Of a stretch of 64,000 nucleotides of DNA, positions 23,601 to 37,500 are shown piece after piece. The DNA comes from Leidyana gryllorum EB-2025a (Eukaryota; Protista; Apicomplexa): NCBI GenBank assembly GCA_048772705.1, contig JBLWGC010000159.1, positions 62,001-126,000 on the forward strand, in the 5' to 3' direction. Within the stretch, counting starts at the first letter, position 1; every line of letters begins with the position of its first letter. The notes beneath the pieces were generated by a model, which saw only the letters and a list, made by a program, of their open reading frames with translations, was not told the origin of the DNA and made no database searches. The position numbers were made by a program, and so were the translations under genes.

Positions 23601-26600
23601 CGTTGGAACCACCGTCGAATTGGTCCTGAAGGACTTTTGTCTGGAAACCGAAGAAGTGCTCGTCAAACGGGCAGCTCAGCTTATGGCTGCTTCTCTCGGA
23701 GGGAGCATTGTGATGGTCACTGGAAGGTCGCCTCTGCGTCTCGCTATTGTTCAGAACCTCAAGGAGTTGATTAAGGTTGAAGACGCAGGAGGAGAGGACT
23801 TCTTGGATCAGACAATCCAAGTCGTCGCGGCCGATAACTTGGGAATCGCCTCGATGCTCATTGAGCAAGTCGTCGTCGACCAAGCGGTTCAGGGTGTTCA
23901 GGAGGCCTTGGCTTCTCACCTCGTGGCCCGCCGCTCAGACAAACCAGGAATCCTGCGAGCGGACCCCAACTTCGCAGAGCCCAACAGCAGATGGCCAGCA
24001 GCGCTCCCACCGTCTCTGAAAATCTCACCCTTCCTCGATGCGAGACAGCTCCAAGTCTACAGAGACTTTGCTCAACTCGGCCCCCTGAGGCGGATGCAAG
24101 AGACTCCCACTGCCCGTGTCAAGGAGGAATCCGTGTCAGCGCCGAGCGAAGACACCAAACATCCCCTGAGTCCGCTCCCGGCGGCGACGCCCTATCTGTC
24201 ACCGCAGAAGGCATTGGGAACCGAAGCGAGCTTTGCAGCGATCGACTTTGCCGTGGCTGCGCTCAAAGAGGGTGTAAAGGAGTTGGTCTTCGCTCCCCTG
24301 GCAACAGGGAATGGAGAGCCTATTTCTCCCGAGGGTACTCTGGAGCCGGCAGTCAAACTGCCCGAAACTGCCAACGCTGCCTTGAAAACTTTGGCCGCCC
24401 TTCCGTCCAGCCACGACATATTCACCCAAATCGAACGAGTTGTCCGACTCGTCCAATTCAGCGAGGATCAGGTATGTTCAGCTCATTTCAGTTGCTCAAC
24501 ACTCTTCTCCCCTCAGGAATCGGTCGCACACTCCACGGCACGAAGACTGCTACGGTCTATTTATGACGCCGCGAATCGGGCAGTTCAACAGGCCAACGAC
24601 GCTGACGTCGATGTCTCGGCTATCTACCTGGAAGCCTTTGTCTCTTTGCTCAAACGCTTTGATGACCTTCAGTTGGTGCATAAGCTGCCAGAAGTCGTCA
24701 GCATCTGGTTGGTCAGCTCCTCCTACCGGTCAACCGCGGGTGGGCCCGAGTCGCTCGACTTCACCAAGTTTGCTCCGGCGGTGGCGTCACACGCTCTGCT
24801 GGTGTTGTCAACGGCTGCAAAATATGGCTTGATTGACGTAACCATCATAGACAACGACTTTGTTGGACTCTTGGTGAATCAAGCCTTGGAGCAGAGCGGC
24901 CGTAGCACTCAACGCACACCCGCTCTAGCAGCAGCGGTCCACACAACTGTGCAATTCGCAGCGCAAGTCCTCTACATCCTGGCAATTGACCTCTCTGTTG
25001 TGAAGGATCCGGTAAACCAGATGAAGACAACTGTTCAAGCGTTGGAAGAGTTCAACGCCCGGACAGAAACAGATGAGACTCTGCGAGAATCCGGACTGCT
25101 GGAGGTGGGAACGCCAATGGGAAGAGCTCTCAATGGCAACGGCTCTGAACGAAGAACCCTGCAAGAGACTGTTGAGTATGTCTTGAAACGTGTGAAAGAC
25201 GAGAAGCGGTCACGGGAGGGTGTCGGCCGGTGTCTAACAATCCAAGACCTGCTCAAGTTCAAAGCTGCTCATGGTGACCGGCGGGGACGACAGGTGGTAA
25301 CAGCTCTTAGTCGACCAGTACCTGATCCAAATGTGAATGTGCCTGTTGGAGAACCCGGCGCATTGGTTAGAGCAATGGAAAATAAGGAACTGGTGCCTGG
25401 CCCAGGGATGGAGGCTGCTTTCACGTAAGTGCCATTGGGTGTTGGTGGGTGACCAATATACTCTCTCAGACAATGTATTGATGCTCTGTGCCGAAACCAA
25501 ACCAGAAGTACTTAGTCGATTGTTGCATGTGTGGCATAGCAAATTTCTGGTGGTGGGAATAGACAGATAGTGATGTCGTCGTTTGAGACTCCCTTACCCT
25601 ACTATAAAGTTGCGACCTCCAACAAAGGCGAAGCCTATAGCGCGTTTGCTCAAGAAGTGCAGAAACTGGTAGAGCTACAACCCCAAACCCCGGGCTTCGA
25701 TGATGTCAAGAATTCATATATCTTGCGCAAATGCCTCCAGGCCCTCATCGTCAACATTCATGACTCTGCATCCAGTTCAATAGCTATGCAGGAGCACTGT
25801 CATCTGTTCATCACTCTCTTGCACTGCTTCTGCAGTGGGCAAAAGGCGGTCACTGACCCTGATACCATCACCACCTTTGCCTTGGCTCTATTGGTGAGCC
25901 CAATGATCATTACAAATCTCTGGTTAGCTATTGCTCTTCTTCTTCAACCTTAGGAGGTCAATCCCAAGAGAGTGCCTGCCTTCGCCTTTGGGTACCTCCG
26001 GGTACTGGGCACACCCATCTTCATCCCTGCACTCGTTCGCCGCACACGCGGATGGAACCTGCTGCAGCGTCTGTTAATCCAACTTTTGAGCTTCTTGGGC
26101 CATCTCAGTGCATACCAGTCTGAGAAAGACGCCTTTGAGGTCTTCAACACTGGTAAGTCGTGTCTCTCTCACACACACACACATCCTAATGTGGAATTCT
26201 TTGCCACCCAACAGCTGTACTGCGACTATTGTTGGTCATAATTCATGACTTCTCTGCGTTCTTGTGCGATTTTTGCTCCACTTTGGTCGCCACCCTACCT
26301 AATCATTGTGTTCAAGTACGAAATCTGATCTTATCTGCGTATCCGTCGGCGAATAAGCTGCCTGACCCAACAAAAGTTGACTTGAGAGTACGTCCCTTTC
26401 TCATTCACTACGCCATTCGCCTTTCCTTTCCGCTCTCAGCGTGCCATAGATGCACAGTGGGTACAAACGCCAAAAGTGGTTGAAGATTGGTCCAGCCGCT
26501 TGTTCGCTGACGGCTGTTTTGAAGCACTTCAGACCTTCTATGAGTGAGAACAGGCATCAACACTCTCTCCTGAATGAGACCTATGGCTATTTCCATGCAG

Positions 26601-27224
26601 GACAGGTGATGAAGGCAAGTTGAGTCAAGTGCGTCAATCTTTGTTATTGTTGCCGGTGAATTTAGCGGCACTGGGTCCCGAACATGAGGTCTCACGTCAA
26701 ACCATACTTGCGGAGGGTACCAAGTATGACCGGGGATTAATTCATGCTCTTATTATGGATTTGATGATGAATGCCGACCTAGAGTTGGTCACCGCAGACT
26801 GGAGTGTTGTTAAAGGAACAGTGAGTCCTGAACAGTCTGTTGTCAAAGTGATGGCCTTTCCGCGATGCGCAGATCCCCAAGAATGCTGCTATCAAGGTTA
26901 TACTGTATCTGTTGGACAACCTCGATCGAGAAGGCCAAGATGTCATTATTCACGAGCTCTGTGATCAACTGAGATATCCAAACACACATACGATCCTAGC
27001 TGGACGGCTACTGTATTGGTTGAGTACCGTTGGAGCAGAGGCGCGTGCTCGTCGCGAATTGATTCAAAGGTGGGTAAAGAAACACACTGGGAGACGCGCA
27101 TCTACACACACATCTCAGACATTTGCGGTCGCGCACCACTGTTCATCGTCCACACCCATGGGGTGTGATGACGTTGGATCATTTGCTAAGAAGCTCGGAT
27201 GCCACAATCTCGTCGACAACTTGA
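20620..27224 (+). CDS. CNOT1: CCR4-NOT scaffold subunit 1, multi-exon
   Basis: ECRHFPKYPPAELHRTA, RASKEPNHHDLY, FKLPNPW, VQVRNLILSAYP, QLRYPNTHT, RPHPWG; poly-Q tract near 23290-23330. Confidence 0.97.
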
Positions 27225-27241
27225 GAGAGTGAGAGGCTTGG

Positions 27242-29320
27242 TCAGGCCATAAGGATGGCGTGGCCCTCTCCACCGCAGTTTTGGAGCCGAGTGGGCTGCG
27301 GACTGGAAAGACACCATTCGTACCAAACCTTCTGTTGTGCGGCAACTCGGCGCCACATGTGTACACTGGGTGCAAGAATGCGTACAGGATGAATGACCAA
27401 CAACATGCTACGTACCTGACGCGTTCTCCCTTTTTCACAAACACTGGAATCTCCAACGGAATGTATATAGGAAACCAACTGACCATGGCGGGAGACGCAG
27501 TGCGCGGCTCAATGCTGCATGTGACGTTCTGTACAGAATTGAATTAAGCTGTTTGGCTGGTCCGAGCAGTTGGCGACACTAACCTTTGACAGCTGGCAAT
27601 CGAAGTAGCCTGCGAACCCATGGCACATAGCGTCCTCTGCAGCAGTGAAGTTGAGCTGCTTGTAGCGGGCATTGTGCTCGTTATCATTCAGAGCCTGTCC
27701 CTTCAGGTCGGGATTTGGATGTACGAATTCAAAACATTGCTGAGATCGCTCTTCCGTGAAGCAGTAGTGGCTGAACAACTTGACAACATAACCAGTGGCG
27801 AGTGTTGCATCAATGTCCTGCGGAAGGCGACATTGAAGTTGGCTGTCGTCAGAAACGTACCACTGCTGCTCGGTGGCATCGAGGCGTGGAGATTGGCTCC
27901 AAGTACGATCGGTAGCTGGAAGGAATTGAGACCGCATCTGGCGCGAGGGCTCCTTCCACACCATCCAGGCATTCGGGTGAAAGTTCGTTGTCCCCAAACG
28001 AGCCGAGGAGTTCACTGATCTGTCGGTTTGTGGAGATGACAGGGAAGACTGAGGCGGGCTTACCAGTACGTCGACTTTGGCTGGGTATTGCCACTTTCTC
28101 ATATCAGTGTGTACCACTTTGACAAGACGCCAAAGGGGGTTTTTGTCATTTGCGACTCGATACCGTAGAGTCTTGACAGCATTCAGGTTCTTTTCAACAA
28201 TGGTCAACAATGTTTTGGAGCAGTCGAATTCAATTTCTTGGAGTACTCTCAAAAGTCTTCCCATTAAGGGTCCCCGGCCACCACCAACGAGGGCGAAGTG
28301 ATTCAAAGGTTTTCCCGCCTCCTGTCGCTCTTTGATCACTTCTCGAAAGGCCTCTTCATAGAGGTTGTACTTGATGGGATCAGCCTCGAAAACTTCGTAA
28401 GTCTCAGATTCCAAGTTATCCGCCAGAGGCTGGAGAGGCACCTGTAAGTGATCGCGCCAATCGATGGAGCCCTGTTCGGATTCCGGCAGCGGTGGGAGAG
28501 CTTTCCAGATATAGCGGTAGTAGTCGGAGGTGAGGGACGCGAAAGCCATTCCACGCTCATTATCCTCCACTTCCATGGATATGCGGGCCCCGCGGTCCAC
28601 TAATTGTTCCACTAAGCCACGGCAAATCCGCGGTAGAACTGGATTGCCCGACTCGTTAGTTAGCCACATGTCTTCTGGGGCGACCACTAGTCGCACCGGC
28701 TCTGTGATCCATCGATCGACTTCGGCCTCGCGCAGCCGAGGACCCGGACCAGCAGCGGAGTGGACTAAGCGGAGTGCCACCTGGATGTCATAGGAAGCGC
28801 CAAAGTGCTGTCGCAAGGAATTCCACCAATGCCAGCCGCTTTTAGCCACGCCGTCCTCTTTGTCAAAGTAAAAGACGGGTACTTCGACCAACAGGAGAAC
28901 GCTTTTCGTCAGAGACGCCTGGGCTTCCAGGAGGACACTCGCCAGGACAGCCGGGGGAATGTCAACGCGGTGCGTGAAGGCCGGCAACACAGCTGCCCAG
29001 GCCCCACAGTGTTGGATCCATTCGATTTGGAGTTTGAGACTGGTTATCGTGGCCGGTCCCGGACTCGGCTCAGTGACTCGCAAGGCCACTCCGTCGTGCC
29101 ATACACTCGAATCGAAGACTGTTGTGGATCCAGTGAGGGGCTCGAATTCTTCAGCAGCCTCGCGAGACGCTCCAGAGGCCTCGCCGGTAGCGACGGGCAG
29201 AATGACAAAGTCCATGTCCTTCTGTTGCAAGAAGGAGAACCAATCTCGCCATGTTCCTGGCTGGGCCTTCCTGAGAGCCACGCCAACACTTAGTCTGCCT
29301 CTGCTGGTCTTGAGAGGCAT
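27242..29320 (-). CDS. PRMT5: Protein arginine N-methyltransferase 5 (Skb1/Hsl7), multi-exon
   Basis: [65 protein letters not shown]. Confidence 0.97.
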
Positions 29321-29636
29321 TTTTTATTGTATGGGGGCTGAACGTTTTTTGAGGGCGCTGCGTTCAGGAGGGGGAGCCAGACTAGCTGTGGGCGGAGATC
29401 TGGGGGACCAGAGAGAGCGGAGGAGTTGCAAGAGGATTTCCACCAAAGAACATGTGGGGGTAGCAGAGTGCTCCGCCATGAGGAGTCGCGTTTCGGTCTG
29501 TGCGTCATTGAATCGTACCCGTCTGGTGTTGAGAGGCACAAAATCTGAACGCTGTGACACGATTCGACACTGTATGAGCGCCATGTGACCTAAGCATGCA
29601 GATCGCAGCGTGCTTCATGGTCATAAAAATTTGCGA

Positions 29637-31563
29637 ATGGCCACATGTGAGTGCGGAGGTAGAGAAGTCGTACGAAATGACGATCGAGGTGAGACGATAT
29701 GTACGAGTTGTGGCAAAGTCCTGAGCCATTCGGGCTTGGTGGACTCGGTGACCTTCATGAAAGGACAGTCGGGGGGTCAGTTTATCGATCGCGCGACTGG
29801 CAATACTCGGTCTGCTTTCATGAGTCGGTATGCCCACCGCGAATCACGAGAGATCGCGTTGTCCAAGGGACACATGAATCTCGAAAGAGTTGCCTGTAAG
29901 CTGATCAGAGGCTGCTGGGTCGGCAATCTATCTTTGCGTTTGCTGCAGATAAACTTAATATAAGCCCCCAAGTAGTGGAAGGGGCAAAACGAATATATTC
30001 TTCCGCCTTCAGCCGCAACTTCACGTCAGGACGCCCCAACTTCTACGTAGCGGCAGCCTGTCTCTATGCCACGTGCCGGACTAACAAGGCGCCTCAAATG
30101 CTGATTGATTTTAGCGATGCCTTATTGACACCGGTCCGAACGCTGGCTCGTGTTTACCACAAGCTGACTGAGGCACTGACTCTCAAAATCCAACCGTTGG
30201 ATCCGTCATTATTTATGGATAGATTTGCACGAGAAATGAATCTTGGAGGAGACGAACGCAAGGTGGCTGAAACGGGCGTTCGCTTAGTTCAGGCGATGCG
30301 ACGAGATTGGATTGCCACTGGTCGGAGGCCTTTAGGGCTGTGTGCAGCGGCTCTCTTAATCTCCACTCGGTTCCACGGCAACAAAGTAAACGCTGACGAC
30401 ATTAAAGATATATTCCGTGTTTCGTCGAGTACCATAGAGAAACGCCTGCAAGAATTCTCGCGTACTGCCGTCGCTGCTCTGCCAGCAAAAGACTTCGAGT
30501 CTACCGACTTGTCTGAGCTACCAGCAGCTGAGAGACCACCTTGTATGGAGAAGGTGACACGCAAACGCCCCCGTCTACTTCTCGCGCCTGAGCCCGAGTC
30601 TGAGGGAGTCGAGGACAAAGACTCGCCATCCACCACAACAAGCCGTGCTGGAGGCGTCCACAAAGTCTTGCGGAAAAAGAAATCTCAAACCACCCCCGAA
30701 GACGACACCGCCTCTGCCACCGCTGAAAAAGACATCGCCGAAGATGATGTGAGACTGGGTGAGGCGGTTGAAAAGACGGCACGTGTGTCTGAGTTCGCTG
30801 GAAAGTTCCCCCTGTCTCCACAGGCCAACAAGGTCTGCTCCAAGGTAAGTGGTGATCTATTGTTGAGTTCAGGAGGAAGACTGATCTTTTTCTGGTTGTG
30901 CAGTTGACCCAGCGTGCAGTGGCAACGGTTGCGACTGAGATGATTACGCAGATTGGCGAGGCCGCCGAGCGTGTTGAGTCGACGACGACTGCTGCTGCCG
31001 AGGAAGCAGCACCCAATTTGTCATTAGATCAGGTGATTTCGAGTGTAGGACAACAGGCGACTGGAATAGCTGAATTCATTGAACTGCAATTGGGACCCGC
31101 CATGCCAACAGAAGAAGATGGTGAAGAAGGAGCGCAGCCGCAAATCGGCGATTGTACACCGGCTGCACATTCCTTCGTGCCAGTACACGCTCAACCCGCT
31201 AATGCTAGTAGTAAGGACATTGAGGAAGACACATTCGCGGAGATGGACAAAGGGAGCGATATCAGCGATCTAGACGAAGACTTGACTCGCACCTATATTC
31301 TATCTGCTGCCGAGAAGCACGATAAAGAGCTCATTTGGGATGAGCTCAATAAAGATGTGATGCCTCTCGTGATAGAGCGGATGAAGGCTCGCAGAGCAAA
31401 ACGATCCACTCATACACCCAGCAAGCGCAAAAGAGGCCCCCCTGATCCCGCCCCTGATGCTCAAACCTCCATCCTTGGTACTCTCAAGATGTCAGAACAT
31501 CGAGTAAACCTCGATGTCATATCCGACCTCTTCGCCCCTTCTGCTTCGAACATTCTATCCTAG
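29637..31563 (+). CDS. BRF1: TFIIIB subunit BRF1 (TFIIB-related factor), multi-exon
   Basis: Zn ribbon CECGG...[12 protein letters not shown]; cyclin repeats [37 protein letters not shown]; BRF1 C-terminal block [21 protein letters not shown]. Confidence 0.93.
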
Positions 31564-31606
31564 TCGGTTGCATGCTTCAATCGTGACGAAAAATTTTGTA
31601 AACAAA

Positions 31607-32966
31607 ATGAATAGTGACCCCAAATCCAACGATTTCTACCGAAGACTGGGACTCAGTAGATCTGCTTCAGAAGATGAGATCCGCAAAGCCTACAGGAAGC
31701 TCGCACTGAAATGGCACCCTGACAAGAACCCCAAAGCCAGGGACGAGGCCACCGATAACTTCCGACTTGTGTCCGAGGCTTATGAGTGCCTCTCATCTCC
31801 CAAATCGCGGACATACTACGACAGTAAGCACCGCATGCGCCGAACACCCCGTTATAATACGAAAACACAGAACATGGAGTCCCACCGGGAGTTCAACCGA
31901 CAGAATCTGCACCCTCCACAGCCAACCCAAGTCGGCCTGGAAGGTCTGGATTCGAGTCTAGATTCCGTAGCCAACGTGGCCCCCCACACGCTGCGGGCTC
32001 ATTCTCTCATTTCCAACACACCCCAGGATTCGTCTCATTTACATTCCCGTCATCACCAATGGCCAGCTTCTTCACAGCCGACGATGCCTTCAAGGTGTTT
32101 GAAGAATTCTTTGGAGCGTAAGTCCTGTCTGCAAACACTGCCATCTCACTCATCTTATGCAGCCGGGATATATTCACCGATCTGGAAGAGGACGTATTTG
32201 GACTACCAGGACTCCGTCCAGCTTCCAGCATTGCTTCATTTAAGAGCCCGTTCTTCAATCCTCACAGACCGTTTTTCGAATCCTCGCCGATGGATGACTT
32301 GATGGATCAATTGGGATCAATGGATTTCGGGCGCAATTCTCATGCTACTATCCGCCACGCTGTCACGTCCAACTCTGGACACCCTTCTTCTACTTCAATG
32401 CGCCGCACGGTTACAGAAGTCGGAGGCAGACGCCTCATTCGCACAGAGACTACGACTACTGGTCCGAATGGTAAGGACAGCTCATAAAAACGTTTATTCT
32501 CTCCATAACCTGATGTGTTGCAGGACTGCAACGTAAAAGTGTAGTTGAATGCGAAGAGTCCAGCCCGCCTCAACCTCAACCTCCACTCGTGCACTCTCAC
32601 ACCACCCATTTCCAATCAACTGCGCCTCCAAGGAGACCACATAAAGCCTTCGCATCTGTCAGCCCTGAGACCAATCCTCAGGTTCAGAGGGTGCATCATC
32701 AACGGTCGCTCAGTGGCCATAACGACCCTCCCCGATCTCGACCACATCCTACACCAGACGGGACCTATTCATCGTACTGGGATCCACCTCGATACGCCGA
32801 TCCCCCGGTGCAGCTGAAACGGACCATGGCCACCGATCGGTTCTCAGGCCACTACCCATCCGCTTATAATCACCCCTGGTCTTCTCAAGAATCAGGCACT
32901 TCTTCAGAAGGAGCAATACCTCGGCCCAGTCCACTCGCCGAGGCAGTTCGCCGGAGGAGAGGATGA
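31607..32966 (+). CDS. DnaJ (J-domain) protein, DNAJB6-like, multi-exon
   Basis: DFYRRLGL...[18 protein letters not shown]...[12 protein letters not shown]; G/F segment [11 protein letters not shown]; 3' end approximate. Confidence 0.85.
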
Positions 32967-32977
32967 TGACCTGATTC

Positions 32978-33738
32978 TCATCGACCCACAGGTGGGTGCT
33001 GCAACCCATATTGGAATGTGGAGGGCGCCATTGGCATCATCACTCCAGTGGGAGGCATAACCGGAGTTATCATCTGTGGTGGAGGCTGAGAAAATGAGTT
33101 CTGAATCCATTGCGGCTGCGTCTGCGCAAGGTATCGCATAGCCTCCTGCTGTTGGCGCCAATTATCGAACATCCTGACGATTTATTCTGCAAATCCAAAT
33201 CCAACCCTTCTGGCCTTACCGTTCCATGAGAACGGGGTTAACTGGGGGTCCCTGTTGTAAAGCACCAGTGATCATGTCCGCGACTTGGTTGGGAGTTGTG
33301 GCCGCTGCGTAACTGTGGTCCACAAATGCTTGATTGGACCCTGTCGAGGACGTTGGTCGCTCTTTGAAGGCCGATACAAGTTCCTCCAGTGATGCAATTA
33401 GCTTATCTGGCACCCCTAACCCACTCCACTGCGAAAACTGTCAAACCTATTAATAGTCTAGTACCTTTTCTTTGTGGTCACGTAGGTAATCATCGCTACC
33501 GTGCTCTTCTTGAAATCGGGGGGCTGCTCTTATCTCATCGTGTAGGTGAGCAAGTTCCTCTCGTACTAAGTGTGATCTGGTGTAGCCTACTGACAGATAG
33601 CTCACTCGGTTCTAGGTGTTCTTGAATAGCTGCATCCAACTTGGGTCCTTCCAATACGCTGAATCGCGACTGCACTGGCAACGCTACAGCCTCTGATAGC
33701 CTGGCAAGGAGAAGAAGGCTGGTCAAGGCCTGCAGCAT
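32978..33738 (-). CDS. Hypothetical secreted protein with Pro/Gln/Met-rich C-terminus, multi-exon
   Basis: Signal-peptide-like MLQALTSLLLLARLSEAVA; ORFs 33216-33413 and 32978-33172 are joined by a GTAAGG..TCAG intron. Confidence 0.5.
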
Positions 33739-33775
33739 TGAAAAAAGTTTGTACACACACGTTTGCTCAAGCAGC

Positions 33776-35196
33776 ATGGCAGTACAGGAAGACGGTCGAC
33801 CTGCCATTGAAACCTTCTATGAGAATGATAATAAGCGTTTAGAAGCCTGGATTGGCAGGAAGAAGCAAGATTTGGCTCGACTTGAGACGCAGCGTAATGA
33901 ACTGAACGTCAAAGGTAAAGGTCGCAGTCAGTCGTAATCAACACACTCGGCTTAATCAGTTCGAGAGCTCCGAGATGAACTGCAGTACTTGTTGGAGCCT
34001 GCTTCGCATATCGGTGAAGTTGTAAAGGCTATGGGCAAGGATAAGGTGTTGGTCAAGGTACGTATTTGGGTATTGGGGGTAATTTGAAGCTGATGTGATT
34101 GTGCAGTTGAATCCTGAGGGGAAATATGTGGTGGATTTGGAGGATAACATAAACATCACAGACTGCACGCCTAACACCCGAGTTGCCTTGATGAATGACT
34201 CTTACAGACTTCATCGGATATTGCCGACCAAGGTCGATCCTTTGGTGTCATTGATGAAAGTGGAGAAAGTTCCCGATTCTACGTATGATATGGTTGGAGG
34301 TCTTGAGGACCAAGTTAAGGAAGTGAAAGAAGTTATCGAGCTTCCAATCAACCATCCTGAGCTATTTGACGCGCTCGGAATCACACAGCCTAAAGGGGTT
34401 TTGTTGTATGGGCCGCCGGGAACTGGCAAGACGCTTCTAGCTCGTGCAGTAGCCCACCATACGGACTGTACTTTCATCAGGTGAGTGTTGGTGTGCGTGA
34501 GCGGGTGCGAAGACTATTGTGGCAGGGTTTCTGGATCAGAGTTGGTTCAGAAGTACATTGGTGAGGGGTCGAGAATGGTCAGAGAGCTGTTTGTCATGGC
34601 TCGTGAGCACGCACCCTCGATTATATTTATGGATGAGATTGATTCAATTGGAAGTCAACGTGCTGATGGGAGTGATGGGAACGGGGATTCCGAGGTCCAG
34701 AGAACGATGATGGAGCTTCTGAACCAACTGGATGGATTTGAGTCTACTCAGAATATCAAGGTAAAGTTTGGGCGTTCGCTGCTCTGTGGAGTATATGGTG
34801 TTGTAGGTCATCATGTGCACGAACCGGATAGACGTTTTAGACGACGCGCTGCTGCGTCCAGGACGTATTGATCGGAAAATAGAGTTCCCTCATCCGAACG
34901 CCGACGCTCGCAAGGAGATTCTCAAGATTCACAGCCGCAAAATGAACTTAGTTCGAGGCATCGATCTGGGAAAGATTGCCGGAGAAATGAATGGAGCTTC
35001 TGGAGCTGAAGTGAAGGCCACTTGCACAGAAGCTGGAATGTTTGCCCTCAGGGAGCGGCGCGTTCACGTGAGTCAAGAGGATTTTGAAATGGCGGTGTCA
35101 AAGGTACGTTGTTTCTGGCCGTTTGATCCCATCTGTTGGCAGGTTATGCAACGTGATGCCCACAAGAACATGAGTTTGAAGAAGCTCTTCAAATAG
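33776..35196 (+). CDS. RPT6: 26S proteasome AAA-ATPase subunit RPT6 (PSMC5), multi-exon
   Basis: [61 protein letters not shown]-terminus [10 protein letters not shown]. Confidence 0.98.
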
Positions 35197-35271
35197 AGGG
35201 GAAGGCGGTTGTGTATGTTGAAAATAATATTTTGGTGCCACAGGGCGTGGCTTTAGCTAGCCTAGCCTAGA

Positions 35272-37478
35272 ATGGCACTCCTTCCCCATGATGGACACTC
35301 ATTCTTGAAACTAGTCACCCCTGGTCAAGAGGATTGGGACTTCCCCCTATATTTCACTGCCTTACACGGCAAACAAAAGCATACGCGGGTCGTGGATTGG
35401 GCTCCACTGGATCAGTCTCTCGTCCGAAGCACTTCAGACATTGTCGAACTCCCCAACGGGTGTACTCGTGCCTTCATCCTCAAGCATCTAACAGCTCGAT
35501 CGATCCCAGCCGCATTCCATGGACACATCAAAGATGCCCGCATGGTGCCAGGCGCCTCCACAGCGTCCCTCGACTCCCCGACGATGCCGCACTATTTCAT
35601 CAACAGTGGACCGGGAGCTGTTATCAGCATGACGATGTTCTCGCTATCAGCGAGCACAAGTCTCCTGGTTCTCTCGAAGAGCATGGTGGACATGGTGGCT
35701 GAAGGAGAGAACGCTGGTATATTACAATTCTGGCTGGTCCCCAAACCCTATGTCAGGGCACCGAGACCCCCCAGCCGCCCGAGCACAACCTCAGTGGACA
35801 CAAGTGTACGCAGTAGGAGTAGCCGCTCGAGCTCAGCTGTCCGAAAAAGGGCGCGTACCTCCACTGGAGGGAAGAGTGTCAGATTCACTCAGTCCGAGGG
35901 CTCCGAGAACGGAGACGCTGACTGTGGGGCCTCAGACGAAGACGAAATCGAACGGTCAGCGCCAGACAGCAGGAGGACGAGCAACGAAGAAGAGGAACAC
36001 GAAGATCAGGACACAGTGAACGAGAATTCGGACGATGACTATATGGTGGACGACGATGACGGGGGTACAACGGCATCGAATCGAACGCCTGTACTCCTAT
36101 CTATGTACGAAAGCGAGGTAAGCCAGAAGAACATCAATTCTCAAATCCAATCTAATCCTCTGCGCACAGTCCAACATTGTCAAGTGTACCTTCATTAAGG
36201 CAACCTTCCCTGTTGAGCATCCGTTGCTCATGACGCTGGATGCTCTCGGAAGTTTGCGAGTCCTCCGACTCACTGTCGACGAGGACAGTGCCTATGCGAC
36301 CTCGTTTGTGGTCGTTTATGAACGGCTCGTAGGGCAATCAGGGCACAAGTTCCTTTCTTGCGCGGGGGAATTCCAGAGGGGTGTCAAGGGGGGGTCTTTG
36401 ACTGCCATCTTGCTGCTGGGCACATCGGCCGGAAGTATGGTCAAAATCATTCTCCAATGTGACCCAGGAGAGGATATGGTATTGGAGTTGGGAGTGGACA
36501 GCATGAGTGTTAGCACCGAGGTAAGGAGTGCGCTGACTCTTTCTCTTCGTATCTTTGATCCCCGCAGCCTGTCACCGCGGCGGCTATCCTCCCGGGGTCC
36601 AAAGGCTATTTGGGGGCCGCTGGGAGTGCGACCGGAACATTGGCCGTCCTGGATACGAGAAGAGAATCCCCGAAAGTGGTAGAAATGGACTATACTTCCC
36701 GCATCATGAACGATGTCGCCGGGTGCGCGTTACCCGGATATATTCTGGCGGCTCAGAATTCAGCCATCATAATGTCGTTGGGCTTCATGGAGTCCAGCCA
36801 TCATACCTCCGGTCGACTGTGGCACCCAGACGTGAAAACGCGTACAAAGAAAGGCAGTCTCGAATGGAGTAGGATATTAGTTCCCCCTCACCGCCAGCGA
36901 CCTGTTATCAAGTCTCTCGATCACGTATGCACCTCTTGCGCTGCCATCTACGATCAGGCGCTGTGGACGTCCGACGACGGCTGGTAAGTGTACTCCAACT
37001 CTGAACTAAAAAGTGAGTATCACACCGTTACCGTAGCTGCTTGGTGGGCAACGTGCGGGATCTCGATCGCAAGTCGTATGCCACCACCGGTGTCTTCAGC
37101 TGGTCACTCATCGATCCAGTGGCCTCCTCGACCAATCAACCCCTTAACAAGACTGGCGACCTCACAGAAGCGAGCATACTGAACACAGCAAGACGGAACG
37201 TTGCCGTCAGATTCGGAATGGGGTCTCTAAGCGCTCGTGAGAAGGGCATCCATGTACTTGGGGGGCATTTTTACCATTTGAGCCAGTTTCTGGCAGACAA
37301 TGTAGCCTCTCTTCCGCAACCACTGGATGAAAACGAACTCCTCCCTGGAGCTTACGCAGTCCGACTAGGAGCTACAAGTGCAGTTGGAGGGAAAAAGCAC
37401 GATCTGATTGCATACAGTGGTTCTTTAGGTATTGTTCATGTCTTTCCGTCAATAACCTTCAGTCGGCTATCTGTATGA
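35272..37478 (+). CDS. Putative WD40-like protein, possibly TFIIIC subunit 2 (Tfc6/GTF3C2)-like, multi-exon
   Basis: Beta-strand-rich segments INSGPGAVISM, GILQFW and C-terminal LIAYSGSLGIVHV recall Tfc6; the family call is weak. Confidence 0.4.
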
Positions 37479-37500
37479 AAGCTCGTATGTTTGATTCGAA

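Noticed and set aside
20655-25542. Many 60-240 aa antisense or alternative-frame ORFs over CNOT1 and other genes
   Set aside because: Expected shadows of GC-balanced coding sequence with no recognisable motifs
9641-35196. Apparent frameshifts or premature stops suggesting pseudogenes or a variant genetic code
   Set aside because: The breaks examined are explained by short GT-AG introns, and TAA, TAG and TGA all serve as normal stops
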